Assembly: GCA_002371075.1 (NCBI GenBank) | Contig: DFFS01000080.1 | Coordinates: forward strand, 1 to 52,087 | Direction of reading: 5' to 3' | Source: Christensenella sp. UBA3770 | Lineage (GTDB): Bacteria > Bacillota > Clostridia > Christensenellales > CAG-1252 | DNA: 52,087 bases | In this document: one piece after another, positions 24,609-34,685 of the stretch | Layout of the letters: the number at the start of each line of letters is the position of its first letter | How positions within the stretch are numbered: the first letter of the stretch is position 1 | Notes under the pieces: generated by a model | Told to the model about the DNA's origin: nothing | Databases searched by the model: none | Seen by the model: the letters and a program-made list of their open reading frames with translations, nothing else | Translations under genes and position numbers: made by a program

Positions 24609-26510
24609 TTGAACTTACAATCAAATATATCAATCAAAAGAAGGTTATTTGCAATGATGATGCTGATAACCTTTATTTTTTTAATCGTAGGGGGAAAACT
24701 GATTTATTTGCAGGTGGTCAAGGGCCGCTCGTTGCAGGCAAAGGCGCTTGACCAATGGACGCGAGACGTACCTCTTCGCGCTGTCAGAGGCAGCATCTGC
24801 GACTGCAACGGAACGGAGCTTGCCGGGTGCAACACGACCTATACTTTATACGTACGACCCAATGCGACGTTTGACAAAGAAAGTACGGCAGAGGCGATCG
24901 CAAGCGTCCTTAATGTGGAATATGAAAAAGTGCTTGAAAAGGTTACGAAAAAGGGTGTCTCCGAGGTGACCGTCGCAAAAAAACTGTCAAAAGGACAAAT
25001 GACAGCTTTGATCGAAAAGGACGTGACCGGCATCTATTTCAGCAGAGATATCGAAAGGTATTATAAATACGGCAATTATCTGTCGCAGCTGCTTGGTTTT
25101 GTCAACGTGGACGGCGAGGGACAGTCGGGGCTCGAAGGCTACTATAACGATTATCTGAAAGGGCAGGACGGCAAGGAACTCACTCAGACGGATCTTGTCG
25201 GAAGAGAGCTCAACGGAGAGATCGCATATCTGCCCGCAACTGACGGATTGAACCTCAATTTGACGGTCGACGCAACGATACAATTTTTTGCCGAAAATGC
25301 CGTAAATTCCGCACTTTCCGAGTATTCCGCAAAGAGCGCGAATTGCGTTGTTATGAATGCAAAAACCGGTGCGATCCTTGCCATGGCGCAAGCCCCTTCC
25401 TTTGACCCAAACAACCTGGATAGGTCGGACGTCAATTCGCTTTTTGCCAAAATGAAGCTGAATGCCATTACGTCTGTGTATGAGCCCGGGTCCACCTTTA
25501 AGATCTTAACGACAGCGATCGCCTTGGATCTTGGCGTCGTTTCCGAAAAGGACAGGTTTTACTGCGCGGGCGGAAAGGTCGTGGACGGCAAAAGGATCCG
25601 TTGTTGGAAATCCATCGGGCACGGCAGTCAAAGTTTTGCCGAGGGGGTGCAAAACAGTTGCAACTGCGTGTTTATGGAGCTTGCGGAGCGCATCGGCGTA
25701 GAAAGAATGTACTCTTACTTTGAAAAATTCGGGTTGACGCGAAAAACGGATATAGATTTTACCGGTGAGACCTCCTCGATCTTGTTAAAAAAGGATCAGG
25801 TAAAAACCGTTGACGCGGCGAGGATCGGGTTTGGTCAAGCCATTGCGATCACGCCGATGCAATTGATCGTTGCAACTGCCGCGGCGGTAAACGGCGGAAA
25901 GGTGGTCACGCCGTATTTGATGCAAAGCGTAACGGATGGAAACGGACGCGACGTAATACGCAATTATCCTGCGGAAAGGGGACAAATTTTGACCGAAAAC
26001 ACCTCTCTGACGGTGCGTAAACTGTTAAAGAATGTGGTCTCGCTTGGGAGTGGAAAACTTGCCGGCGTCGCCGGGTATTCGATAGGCGGTAAGACGGGCA
26101 CGGCGCAAAAGTATCAAAACGGCGCCATCGCTTCGGGAAAGTACGTTTCGTCCTTCATAGGGTTCAGCACCGTGGAGGACCCGGAATATATCGTTTATTT
26201 CATGGTGGACGAACCCGTCGGATACAGGTATTACGGCAGTTTGGTGGCTGCGCCTTACGTTGGGCAGATCTTTTCAAAGATCTTTGAGTACAAACAGATC
26301 AAGCCTACCGAGGCGTTAAAAACCTTTACGTATCGGGAAATGCCCGATCTGGTCGGGCAGACGGCAGGGAGTGCAATAAAATCTGTAAATGCTCTGGGTG
26401 TGCATTCCGAGTTGACGGGGACGGGCGGCGTTGTCATCGCGCAATACCCGCAAAAGGGTGAGATCATCAACGAAGATTCGATCGTCCTGATCGCGTTGTC
26501 GGAGGAATAA
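24609..26510 (+). CDS. Class-B penicillin-binding protein (FtsI/PBP2B/SpoVD-type transpeptidase) with one C-terminal PASTA domain
   Basis: N-terminal TM, PBP dimerisation domain, and the SxxK (STFK), SxN (SCN) and KTG (KTGTA) motifs. The C-terminal ~60 aa are PASTA-like (MPDLVGQTAGSAIKSVNALGV...). TTG start. Confidence 0.9.
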   Translation: MNLQSNISIKRRLFAMMMLITFIFLIVGGKLIYLQVVKGRSLQAKALDQWTRDVPLRAVRGSICDCNGTELAGCNTTYTLYVRPNATFDKESTAEAIASVLNVEYEKVLEKVTKKGVSEVTVAKKLSKGQMTALIEKDVTGIYFSRDIERYYKYGNYLSQLLGFVNVDGEGQSGLEGYYNDYLKGQDGKELTQTDLVGRELNGEIAYLPATDGLNLNLTVDATIQFFAENAVNSALSEYSAKSANCVVMNAKTGAILAMAQAPSFDPNNLDRSDVNSLFAKMKLNAITSVYEPGSTFKILTTAIALDLGVVSEKDRFYCAGGKVVDGKRIRCWKSIGHGSQSFAEGVQNSCNCVFMELAERIGVERMYSYFEKFGLTRKTDIDFTGETSSILLKKDQVKTVDAARIGFGQAIAITPMQLIVATAAAVNGGKVVTPYLMQSVTDGNGRDVIRNYPAERGQILTENTSLTVRKLLKNVVSLGSGKLAGVAGYSIGGKTGTAQKYQNGAIASGKYVSSFIGFSTVEDPEYIVYFMVDEPVGYRYYGSLVAAPYVGQIFSKIFEYKQIKPTEALKTFTYREMPDLVGQTAGSAIKSVNALGVHSELTGTGGVVIAQYPQKGEIINEDSIVLIALSEE

Positions 26511-26513
26511 AAG

Positions 26514-27944
26514 GTGAAAATCGGTCAATTGTTGGAAGGCGTTACTATAAAAAAAGCGTTGAATTATCGAGATGCAGAGGTTTCGTGCGTTTGTTGCGAC
26601 AGCAGGAAAGTAACGCCAAATGCTTTGTTCGTTTGTTTAACGGGCGGTACGTGCGACGGGCATGACTACGTTTCGCAAGCGATAGAAAACGGCGCCGTCG
26701 CCATCGTGACAAACAAGGAAATCGCTACGGACCAAATGCAGTTTGTCGTGGAGGACACAAGGTCGGCTTTGTCGCTGATCGCTGCAAATTTTTATCACAA
26801 TCCCGCGAAGAGCATGAAGATCGTCACCGTCGTCGGCACCAACGGAAAGACTTCCGTGACGGATATCCTTTCGGAGATTTTTTCGTTTGCGGGTCACAAC
26901 GTCGGCACCGTCGGAACGCTTGGCTACAAAATCGGCAGGCGCCGCTTTGAGGGTGTTTTGACCACACCCGACCCACTTGATCTCAACGCGCATCTTGCCG
27001 AAATGCGGGAGAGCGGTATGGAATACGTCTTTATAGAGGCGTCCGCTCACGCGATTTACTATAAAAAGCTCTTTGGCATCAAGGCAAACGCAACGGTTTT
27101 CACAAACGTTTCGCAGGATCACCTTGACTTTTTCAAAACGATGGAGGCGTACGCCCAAACAAAGTTGTCCTATTTTTCGCCGGAAAATACGGCTCTTGCC
27201 ATCGTCAATTCCGACGACGTTTACGGCAGACGGATCATTGCCGCAAACAAGCTCCCGATCATCACCTACGGCATCGATAATCCCGCCGACGTTTTTGCTA
27301 TTAACGTAGCGGAGGACGGTGAGGGGCTGAGTTTTACGGTCAACGCTTTCGATCGAATAGAGCATCTCGTCACGCCGTTAGGAGGGAAATTTAACGTTTA
27401 TAACGTTATGGCGGCAATTTCCGTGGCAATGTACTTTGGCATCGATTTGCCCGTTATTGCCAAAGCGCTTGAAAAGATCCCCCTCGTCCCCGGCAGATTT
27501 AACGTAAAATACGTTATGGACAGGCGGGTGGTCTTGGATTTTGCGCACACGCCGGACGGACTTGAAAACTTGCTTTCCGATCTAAAAGGGCAAGGAGGTA
27601 AAATCGTGACGGTTTTCGGTTGCGGTGGAAACAGGGACCGACTGAAGCGTCCGATCATGGGTTCGATCGCGGCAAAGTACTCCGACTATGTGATCATCAC
27701 AAACGACAACCCTCGTTTTGAAGAAGAAAAGGCCATCGCGGAGGAGGTCAGAAAGGGTATCCCGGTCGATTATCCCTGCGAGATCATCCTTGATCGCGAG
27801 AAAGCCATCCGCCGCGCGTTTGATTATGCTGACGTTGGGGATACGATCGTCGTGGCGGGAAAGGGACACGAGGAATACATCGAAATTAAAGGCGAAAAAA
27901 TACCGTATAGCGACAGCGAAGTTTTGCAAAAATTAAGTCGGTAG
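26514..27944 (+). CDS. murE: UDP-N-acetylmuramoyl-L-alanyl-D-glutamate--2,6-diaminopimelate ligase
   Basis: ATP-binding GTNGKTS. The DNPR motif (ITNDNPRFE) indicates meso-DAP specificity. GTG start after a GGAGG SD. Confidence 0.93.
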   Translation: MKIGQLLEGVTIKKALNYRDAEVSCVCCDSRKVTPNALFVCLTGGTCDGHDYVSQAIENGAVAIVTNKEIATDQMQFVVEDTRSALSLIAANFYHNPAKSMKIVTVVGTNGKTSVTDILSEIFSFAGHNVGTVGTLGYKIGRRRFEGVLTTPDPLDLNAHLAEMRESGMEYVFIEASAHAIYYKKLFGIKANATVFTNVSQDHLDFFKTMEAYAQTKLSYFSPENTALAIVNSDDVYGRRIIAANKLPIITYGIDNPADVFAINVAEDGEGLSFTVNAFDRIEHLVTPLGGKFNVYNVMAAISVAMYFGIDLPVIAKALEKIPLVPGRFNVKYVMDRRVVLDFAHTPDGLENLLSDLKGQGGKIVTVFGCGGNRDRLKRPIMGSIAAKYSDYVIITNDNPRFEEEKAIAEEVRKGIPVDYPCEIILDREKAIRRAFDYADVGDTIVVAGKGHEEYIEIKGEKIPYSDSEVLQKLSR

Positions 27945-27951
27945 GTGTCCC

Positions 27952-28962
27952 TTGGAAATAGCTTGGTTGATACGTGCGCTCCTGGCGCTTGTCGTAAGTT
28001 TTTCGGCGGCTCTTTTGCTTTCGCCTCTCGTTTTGTCCGTGGCGAGAAAACTGAAAGCGGGGCAGCCCATTCTTTCATACGTTGAACAGCACGCCGCAAA
28101 AGCGGGAACGCCGACGTTTGGTGGTTTCATCTTTTTGTTGCCGACGTTATGCGCGACGCTTGTCTTTGGGGAGGGTCGCTTGCTGTCCGTCGGCGCGATC
28201 GCATCGTTTGTGATGCTATCCTATGCCGTTTTGGGCTTTTTGGACGACTTTATCAAAATCAAAACCAAGGACAACCTCGGCTTGCGCCCTTATCAAAAAA
28301 TAATCGGACAAGCTGCCATAGCTTTGATCGTTGTCTTTTATGCGTATCGCGCGGAGGGGATCGGTTCAGCCGTTTACTTTCCCTTTTACGGTAAAAGCGT
28401 TGATTTCGGCGTTTGGTACGTTCCATTCGCCTGTTTTATCTTTCTCGCTTTGTCCAATTGCGTCAATTTAACAGACGGCTTGGACGGGCTGGCGTCGGGG
28501 TGTTCCGTTGCATATTTGTTTTCCTTTGCACTTGTTATTTCGCTGTTTCTCCTAAAAGGAGAATTATCCACAACCCTTTTGACTTTTTGCTGTGCGCTGA
28601 TCGGCGGGTTGCTTGCGTTTTTGCTTTTTAACACAAACAAAGCGTCGATCTTTATGGGGGATACCGGGTCGCTCGGACTCGGCGGTGCGCTTGCCGCCGT
28701 GGCGCTGTTTTCCAAGGAGCCGTTTCTCGTGCCCATCGTGGGCATAATGTTTGTGATCTCCGGCATATCTATAATCATACAAGTCCTGTATTTCAAGCTA
28801 ACGCACGGAAAGCGTGTGTTTTTGATGTCGCCGTATCATCACCATCTTGAGAAAAAAGGGCTTGGAGAGGCAAAAATCTGCGCGATATACACGATCGTCA
28901 CGTTGGTGATGGGCGTGATCGCCGTGATCTCGGTTTTGGTGGGGCAATATGTCTGGTCGTAA
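27952..28962 (+). CDS. mraY: Phospho-N-acetylmuramoyl-pentapeptide transferase
   Basis: About 10 TM segments with GTPTFGG, NLTDGLDGLA, MGDTGSL and PYHHHLE motifs. Confidence 0.95.
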   Translation: MEIAWLIRALLALVVSFSAALLLSPLVLSVARKLKAGQPILSYVEQHAAKAGTPTFGGFIFLLPTLCATLVFGEGRLLSVGAIASFVMLSYAVLGFLDDFIKIKTKDNLGLRPYQKIIGQAAIALIVVFYAYRAEGIGSAVYFPFYGKSVDFGVWYVPFACFIFLALSNCVNLTDGLDGLASGCSVAYLFSFALVISLFLLKGELSTTLLTFCCALIGGLLAFLLFNTNKASIFMGDTGSLGLGGALAAVALFSKEPFLVPIVGIMFVISGISIIIQVLYFKLTHGKRVFLMSPYHHHLEKKGLGEAKICAIYTIVTLVMGVIAVISVLVGQYVWS

Positions 28963-30220
28963 TAAAAAAGTTATGGTTTTGGGTATGGGCAAGACGGGGC
29001 AAGCCGTCTGTGCTTTTTTGCAAAAAGAGGGTGTCGAGACGGAGACATATGACGATGCGCTCTCTATAGAAGCCGCGGATCGGCTTTGCGATTGCTATGA
29101 TTACGCCGTGATCAGTCCGGGCATATCCTTGACGCATCCCATTGTGCTTAAAGTCAAAGAGTGCGGGGTGCCTGTTTTATCCGAGATCGATCTTGCTTAC
29201 ATACATTGTCCGTCAACGCACGTTTTTGCCGTCAGCGGCACCAACGGCAAAACGACGACGTGCACGGTTCTCCACAAATTGTTGTCGAGCGTCTGGCGCA
29301 GTTTTCTTGTGGGAAACGTCGGCACGCCCTGGATAGAGCGGGTAGGCGCGATCGGCAAAAAAGATACGATCGTTTTGGAAATAAGCAGCTTTCAAATAGA
29401 GCAAAGTCAGTTTTTCCGTCCCGAGATCGCCGCACTCACAAACGTTGGGGAAGACCACCTTGACCGACACCTGACCAAAGAACGTTATCAAAGCGTTAAA
29501 CTCTCTCTCTTAGAAAGATCGATGATCAAAGTTGTCAACAGCGGCGATCCCCTTCAACGCGGCGTAACGGGTGCGATCACGTATTCCGTCACCGATCCTG
29601 CCGCCGATTATTATCTTTCCGGCAGAGCAATTTATCATAACGGAAAAAGATATTCTCTCCCTTCGTTGTCCCTTGGCGCGGGATACGATGCGGATTATCT
29701 TTGCGCGTTTGCCGTCGCCTCAACGTATTGTGGGGTCAAAAAAGAATTTTTAACGTTATATGACAAGGTCAAGATCCCGCCCTTCAGGTGTCAACACGTC
29801 GGAAAGCTATGCGGCGCTGACGTGTATAACGATAGTAAAGGGACCAACGTTGACGCAACGATCTTTGCTGCGGGTCGCCTTTCTGTTCCAACAGCGCTCA
29901 TTCTCGGTGGTAGCGATAAAGGGGAGGATTATTCGCGCCTGTTTGCCGGCTTGAAAGAAAACGTTCAAAGGATCTATCTTTGCGGAGCAAACGCCAGAGA
30001 TATATTGCTTGCCGCGCCATCTGCCATGTATGAAAGATGTCGCATGATGCCCACTCTCGAGGCGTGCGTAGAGGATTTTGTCAAAGAGCCGTTGCAGGCG
30101 CTTTTGTTTTCTCCGGCATCTGCGTCTTTTGACAAGTACAAAAATTACGAAGAAAGGGGAATGATTTTTAATGAGATCGTCGCAAAATACAAAAACGCTT
30201 TCGAACGTGTCCCCAAGTAA
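28949..30220 (+). CDS. murD: UDP-N-acetylmuramoylalanine--D-glutamate ligase
   Basis: GMGKTG Rossmann start, GTNGKTT P-loop and a Mur ligase C-terminal domain. Its position follows mraY. Confidence 0.92.
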   Translation: MSGRNKKVMVLGMGKTGQAVCAFLQKEGVETETYDDALSIEAADRLCDCYDYAVISPGISLTHPIVLKVKECGVPVLSEIDLAYIHCPSTHVFAVSGTNGKTTTCTVLHKLLSSVWRSFLVGNVGTPWIERVGAIGKKDTIVLEISSFQIEQSQFFRPEIAALTNVGEDHLDRHLTKERYQSVKLSLLERSMIKVVNSGDPLQRGVTGAITYSVTDPAADYYLSGRAIYHNGKRYSLPSLSLGAGYDADYLCAFAVASTYCGVKKEFLTLYDKVKIPPFRCQHVGKLCGADVYNDSKGTNVDATIFAAGRLSVPTALILGGSDKGEDYSRLFAGLKENVQRIYLCGANARDILLAAPSAMYERCRMMPTLEACVEDFVKEPLQALLFSPASASFDKYKNYEERGMIFNEIVAKYKNAFERVPK

Positions 30221-31370
30221 TACATTGCAATCGGTCGATTTCCCACGTTCCTTTGCCGTGCCGGAATGCAAAAGGCGAAACGCCGCGCTGATCATTTTGA
30301 CGTTGATGCTTTCCGCGTTTGGGCTTTTGATGATCTACAGCGCAAGTTATTACGCCGCAGAGAAGAACATCGGCGACGAGTTTTACTACGTAAAAAAGCA
30401 GGCGATCGCACTGTTTGTTGGCGGGGCGGCGATGTTTGGCGTATCGCGCGTCAACCCCACGACGTTAAAAAAGCTTCGCTACGTTATCTTGATCGTTTCT
30501 TTCGCTTTGCTGGGCGTGATTTTTCTCCCGGGCGTAGGTGTGGTCAGTTACGGCGCAAGACGGTGGATCGACCTTGGATTTATGACGATGCAGCCCTCCG
30601 AAGTTGCAAAATTCGGCTACGTAGTGTTTGCCGCATCCTATCTTTCGGAAAAGGGGGCAAACTCTTTCAAAAACGTCATTTTTGTGTTGTTGCCCGGTGT
30701 TGCAATGTGCGTTTTGATCATGTTGGAGCCCAATATGAGCATTACGATGTGCGTACTGTGCGTGATGTTGTTTATGCTTCTCGTCGGCGGGGTCCCCATA
30801 AAAAAACTGCTCCTTTTGATGATCCCCGCATTGCTTCTCATTCCTATTTTGATTTTGATCGAACCCTATCGATTGAAGAGGTTGACGGCGTTTTTGGATC
30901 CGTGGGCGTCGCCGAAAGCGGAAGGCTACCAACTGATCCAATCCTATTATGCACTGTGTCGCGGCGGCTTGTTTGGCGTTGGGCTGTTTAACAGCAGACA
31001 AAAATATCTTTTTTTACCGTTTGCGGAATCGGATTTTATCTTTTCGATCATCGGTGAAGAGCTGGGGCTCTTCGGCGCCACGGTAACGATCGTGCTTTTC
31101 GGCGCGCTCATTTACTTCGGCTTTGTTACTGCGGCAAAGGCAAAAACGCGCTTTGAAGCGTTGATTGCCGCAGGTGTAACTTCCGTCATTGCCATACAAA
31201 CGGCAGTCAACCTTGCCGTCGTTACGGGGTGTATCCCGCCGACGGGGCTTCCGCTACCGTTTATCAGCGCGGGCGGCAGCTCTTTGGTAAGTTTTATGAC
31301 GGCGATCGGCGTGCTTTTATCCGTCAATCGCAACAGTAGCATTTCAAGCGGGGATCTCCATAAGATATAG
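30171..31370 (+). CDS. ftsW: SEDS-family peptidoglycan glycosyltransferase FtsW/SpoVE
   Basis: Polytopic membrane protein with SEDS motifs (MQPSEVAKF, FLPFAESDFIFSIIGEELG, PLPFISAGGSS). Start is uncertain: ATG 30171 overlaps murD by 50 nt, and TTG 30225 or GTG 30258 are alternatives. Confidence 0.9.
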   Translation: MRSSQNTKTLSNVSPSNTLQSVDFPRSFAVPECKRRNAALIILTLMLSAFGLLMIYSASYYAAEKNIGDEFYYVKKQAIALFVGGAAMFGVSRVNPTTLKKLRYVILIVSFALLGVIFLPGVGVVSYGARRWIDLGFMTMQPSEVAKFGYVVFAASYLSEKGANSFKNVIFVLLPGVAMCVLIMLEPNMSITMCVLCVMLFMLLVGGVPIKKLLLLMIPALLLIPILILIEPYRLKRLTAFLDPWASPKAEGYQLIQSYYALCRGGLFGVGLFNSRQKYLFLPFAESDFIFSIIGEELGLFGATVTIVLFGALIYFGFVTAAKAKTRFEALIAAGVTSVIAIQTAVNLAVVTGCIPPTGLPLPFISAGGSSLVSFMTAIGVLLSVNRNSSISSGDLHKI

Positions 31371-31393
31371 TATCTTTTTTTTCGGAGAATTCG

Positions 31394-32647
31394 ATGAGCA
31401 AATTGTTGGTAAAAGGCGGCTCTTCGTTAAACGGAGAGGTTAGGATAAAAGGGGCTAAAAACGCGATCCTGCCCATTCTTGCGGCTACGGTTTTGACAGA
31501 GGAGGAGTGCGTGATCCGCGACGTTCCGCATTTGACGGATATCGCAAACATGTTGCGGATCATAGAAGGACTGGGCGCAAAATGTCTTGTGGAGCAAGAC
31601 GTCATCACCGTAAAAAACGACGATTTGACAAGTCATAACGTGCCTACCGATCTTGCCAAAGAGTTGCGTTCCTCCTTCTTTTTGTTGGGTCCGATCCTGG
31701 GCAGAATGCGCCGAGCCGTTGTGGCGTATCCCGGTGGGTGTGACATCGGCGTTCGTCCCTTGGATATCCATCTCAAAGGATTGCGCGAAATGGGTATTGC
31801 CATTGAGGAAAGCCACGGCATGATCTATTGTGACGGAGGGAGGCTTAAGGGAGCTGACGTCGCGCTGGATTTTCCAAGCGTCGGCGCAACGGAGAACCTG
31901 ATGATGGCTGCCGTTTTGGCAAAAGGGACGACGCGGATTACAAACGCCGCAAAAGAGCCCGAGATCGTTGACTTGCAAAACTTTTTGAATGCGATGGGCG
32001 CAAAGGTAAGCGGTGCGGGTAGCGGCAGGATCACGGTTGAGGGCGTTCCGAAAATGCACGGTTGCACGTACACGCCCATTCCCGATCGCATCGTTGCGGG
32101 AACGCTTTTGATCGCCGGGGCAACTTGCGGAGGAAACGTTTGTATAACAAACGCCGTCCCCGAACATCTTGAGCCGCTCCTGTTTAAAATGAGCAAAAGC
32201 ACTTGCGTAATTTCTCAGCAAAGTGATAGAATATCACTGAGCGCAAGCGGTCGCCCGCGCGGTTTCGACAAACTTGAAACGCAGCCTTATCCCGGTTTTC
32301 CGACGGATCTTCAGTCTCAAATGATGGTGATGATGTCGGTTGCGGAGGGGACGGGCGTTATTGTGGAAAACATCTTTGAAACACGTTTCCGCATCGTGCG
32401 TGAGCTTACCAAAATGGGCGCGATGATCACCGTAAAAGACCGTGCCGCCGTGATCCGCGGCGTAAAAAGGTTGGAGGGTGCGGCAGTTTCGGCGGGTGAT
32501 CTCCGCGGTGGTGCCGCGCTTGTGATCGCCGGTGTGCGTGCCGATGGTTATACCGTGATCGATCACGCAAATTACATCGACAGAGGGTACGAGTCCATCG
32601 AGAAAACGTTTGGCGCTCTCGGCGCCGAAATCAAAAGGTTGGAATGA
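31394..32647 (+). CDS. murA: UDP-N-acetylglucosamine 1-carboxyvinyltransferase
   Basis: GAKNAILPILAA and the active-site loop PGGCDIGVRPLD (Cys-type). It has the EPSP/MurA two-domain length. Confidence 0.93.
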   Translation: MSKLLVKGGSSLNGEVRIKGAKNAILPILAATVLTEEECVIRDVPHLTDIANMLRIIEGLGAKCLVEQDVITVKNDDLTSHNVPTDLAKELRSSFFLLGPILGRMRRAVVAYPGGCDIGVRPLDIHLKGLREMGIAIEESHGMIYCDGGRLKGADVALDFPSVGATENLMMAAVLAKGTTRITNAAKEPEIVDLQNFLNAMGAKVSGAGSGRITVEGVPKMHGCTYTPIPDRIVAGTLLIAGATCGGNVCITNAVPEHLEPLLFKMSKSTCVISQQSDRISLSASGRPRGFDKLETQPYPGFPTDLQSQMMVMMSVAEGTGVIVENIFETRFRIVRELTKMGAMITVKDRAAVIRGVKRLEGAAVSAGDLRGGAALVIAGVRADGYTVIDHANYIDRGYESIEKTFGALGAEIKRLE

Positions 32648-33444
32648 ACAGATCAAAAGTTGTCATAGGGATCTTTGTTGCTTTGATCTTGATCGTCATC
32701 GCGATCGTACTTTTGGCTTGCACGGTTTTCGTAGTGCGTGACGTTACGGTGGAAAGCGACGTTTCTTCCGGTTTGATCAACACGGATGAGATCATCGAGT
32801 CCAGTGGGTTGACGATAGGGCGCAGCATCGTTTCCATCAGCAAAGATACCGTCAAAAATTCCATTGAAAAGCAAAACCCTTACGTTGAGGTCTTGGGCAT
32901 CCGCCGTATTTTTCCAAACAAGATCGTGATCTCCACCACCATTAGGACAGGCATTATGCTCGTTTCCTCTGCGGACGGTGGCGCCTATGCTTTGATCGAC
33001 TCTTCCATGAAGATCTTAAACATCATTCCCGCATCAGGCGTTTATTCCAACGTTACTACGGTTACCGGAGTGACTTTTGAGATGCCCGACGATGGCGCTA
33101 TTTCCGCCGTTGGGAGCAAAATCATTTTTACCGACGCAACGTGCGGCGACGTTTTGAAGGATATTGCCGAGTGTGCCGCCAATTACGAGATCAGCGGGAA
33201 ACGTTTCTTTACGTTCTTCAAGAGCATTGCTTTCGATAAGACGGACGGCGTCAAGGCTTTTATCAAAACCAACAAAGGCGTGTCCCTTGTGTTGGACAAG
33301 TCTCTTCAAACCGGCGTTTACGATCAAATCTATTATTGCTTGTTTTACTATTCGTCCAAGGACGTTGACATCGATTACACTAAAGGATACATCTTGTTTG
33401 ACAAAGACGTCAACGCCTATGTTTGGAAAGAAACGATCAATTGA
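32644..33444 (+). CDS. ftsQ: Cell division protein FtsQ/DivIB (POTRA domain)
   Basis: N-terminal TM followed by a POTRA-like VRDVTVESD...IESSGLTIGRSIVSISKDTVKNSIEKQNPYVEVLGIRRIFPNKIVI. It lies upstream of ftsA. Confidence 0.8.
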   Translation: MNRSKVVIGIFVALILIVIAIVLLACTVFVVRDVTVESDVSSGLINTDEIIESSGLTIGRSIVSISKDTVKNSIEKQNPYVEVLGIRRIFPNKIVISTTIRTGIMLVSSADGGAYALIDSSMKILNIIPASGVYSNVTTVTGVTFEMPDDGAISAVGSKIIFTDATCGDVLKDIAECAANYEISGKRFFTFFKSIAFDKTDGVKAFIKTNKGVSLVLDKSLQTGVYDQIYYCLFYYSSKDVDIDYTKGYILFDKDVNAYVWKETIN

Positions 33445-33455
33445 TCGTTTTTTTC
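33431..33455 (+). terminator. Rho-independent terminator overlapping the ftsQ stop codon
   Basis: AAACGATC (33431-33438), loop AATT, GATCGTTT (33443-33450), with the T-run continuing to 33454. Confidence 0.65.
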
Positions 33456-33475
33456 ATTATAAAGCATTTTCGCTA

Positions 33476-33504
33476 TTGACAATATAAAATAAATTTTTTA
33501 TAAT
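33476..33504 (+). promoter_or_regulatory. Perfect-consensus sigma-A promoter of ftsA-ftsZ (TTGACA-17-TATAAT)
   Basis: TTGACA 33476-33481, 17-nt AT-rich spacer, TATAAT 33499-33504. AGGGGG SD and ATG 33525. Confidence 0.75.
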
Positions 33505-33524
33505 AAATAATTATAGGGGGTTTT

Positions 33525-34676
33525 ATGTCCGATCTGTCCGATATGGTTGTCATCGATATAGGTTCCAAATCCATCTGCGCCTATAATGCGGAGCGTCTCT
33601 CCGATGACAATTTTGCCGTCAAAAACTCTTATGAGATCGAGTACGACGGCTTTATGGACGGCGCTTGGATCGCTCCCGAACAGGTTCTTCCCTCCATCGT
33701 CAAACTGATTGACAAGATCGAGCGCAATTCCGGCAGGATCAAAAGGGTCTACGTTGGCATTCCGTCGCAATTTGCCATCGTTCGCACCGTTTTCGAAAAG
33801 GTCTCTTTCCCGCAAAGGAAGCGCGTGACTTCTACGGACATTTCCGACCTGATGGATGGAAACGATCCGTTTATCGGTTCCCCATATACCCGTATTCATG
33901 CGGAAGCGGCATATTATCTTAACGACAAAGGGGAAAGACTTGCCTCCCCCATAGGGAAGGAAACTTCCGCCTTAAAGACACAGATCGCTTACGTAGGCGT
34001 CAAAACGGAGGTGATCTCATCCATTCGCCAAGGGCTTTTGCGTTACGGCGTCAAATCGGTTGAGTTTATTCAGTCGGAGTATGCTGCGGCGTTGTCGCTT
34101 TTCTCCAAAGAGGAGAGGGAAAACGGCGTGGTCCTCGCCGACATCGGCTTTCTCTCAACGACAGTGCTTTTTATCGGCGGAGACGCATTGCTTGAGCTCA
34201 AGGATTTCTCTCTTGGCGGCAGCATGATCCCGCTTGGCATTTCCACGACGATGAACATCCCGTTCAACGTTGCCGCGGCGCTTACGCAAAAGATCAATCT
34301 CGGCTACAAGGGTGAAGGTGACTATTCCTTGAAATACGACGCCAACACCTACACCTATCCGATCGAGCAGATCAACGTGATCGCCAAAGAGTGCATTTCC
34401 TGCGTTGTCAACTATATCCGCAAGGCACTGCAAGCCTTCCGTTTTGACATCGCGCCCGATCAACCGATCTTTTTAACGGGTGGCGGGTTTTCGGAGATCC
34501 GCTTTTCAAGGGAGTACATCTCCAAATGTTTTGACAGGGAGGTTGAAGTGGTTCAACCCTCGATGCCAAATTATGACAAGCCGTGCTATTCGACGATGGT
34601 CGGCTTGCTGAAGAAAGCAATCATCATGGAAAAGGGCGAAAAATTTGGGTTTTTCAAGCGCCTTTTCCGTTTGTAG
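33525..34676 (+). CDS. ftsA: Cell division protein FtsA (actin-like ATPase), divergent
   Basis: MVVIDIGSKSI phosphate-1 motif, a later ADIGFLSTTV motif, FLTGGG adenosine motif, and a C-terminal amphipathic tail (FGFFKRLFRL). It lies immediately upstream of ftsZ. Confidence 0.85.
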   Translation: MSDLSDMVVIDIGSKSICAYNAERLSDDNFAVKNSYEIEYDGFMDGAWIAPEQVLPSIVKLIDKIERNSGRIKRVYVGIPSQFAIVRTVFEKVSFPQRKRVTSTDISDLMDGNDPFIGSPYTRIHAEAAYYLNDKGERLASPIGKETSALKTQIAYVGVKTEVISSIRQGLLRYGVKSVEFIQSEYAAALSLFSKEERENGVVLADIGFLSTTVLFIGGDALLELKDFSLGGSMIPLGISTTMNIPFNVAAALTQKINLGYKGEGDYSLKYDANTYTYPIEQINVIAKECISCVVNYIRKALQAFRFDIAPDQPIFLTGGGFSEIRFSREYISKCFDREVEVVQPSMPNYDKPCYSTMVGLLKKAIIMEKGEKFGFFKRLFRL

Positions 34677-34685
34677 GAGGTTTTT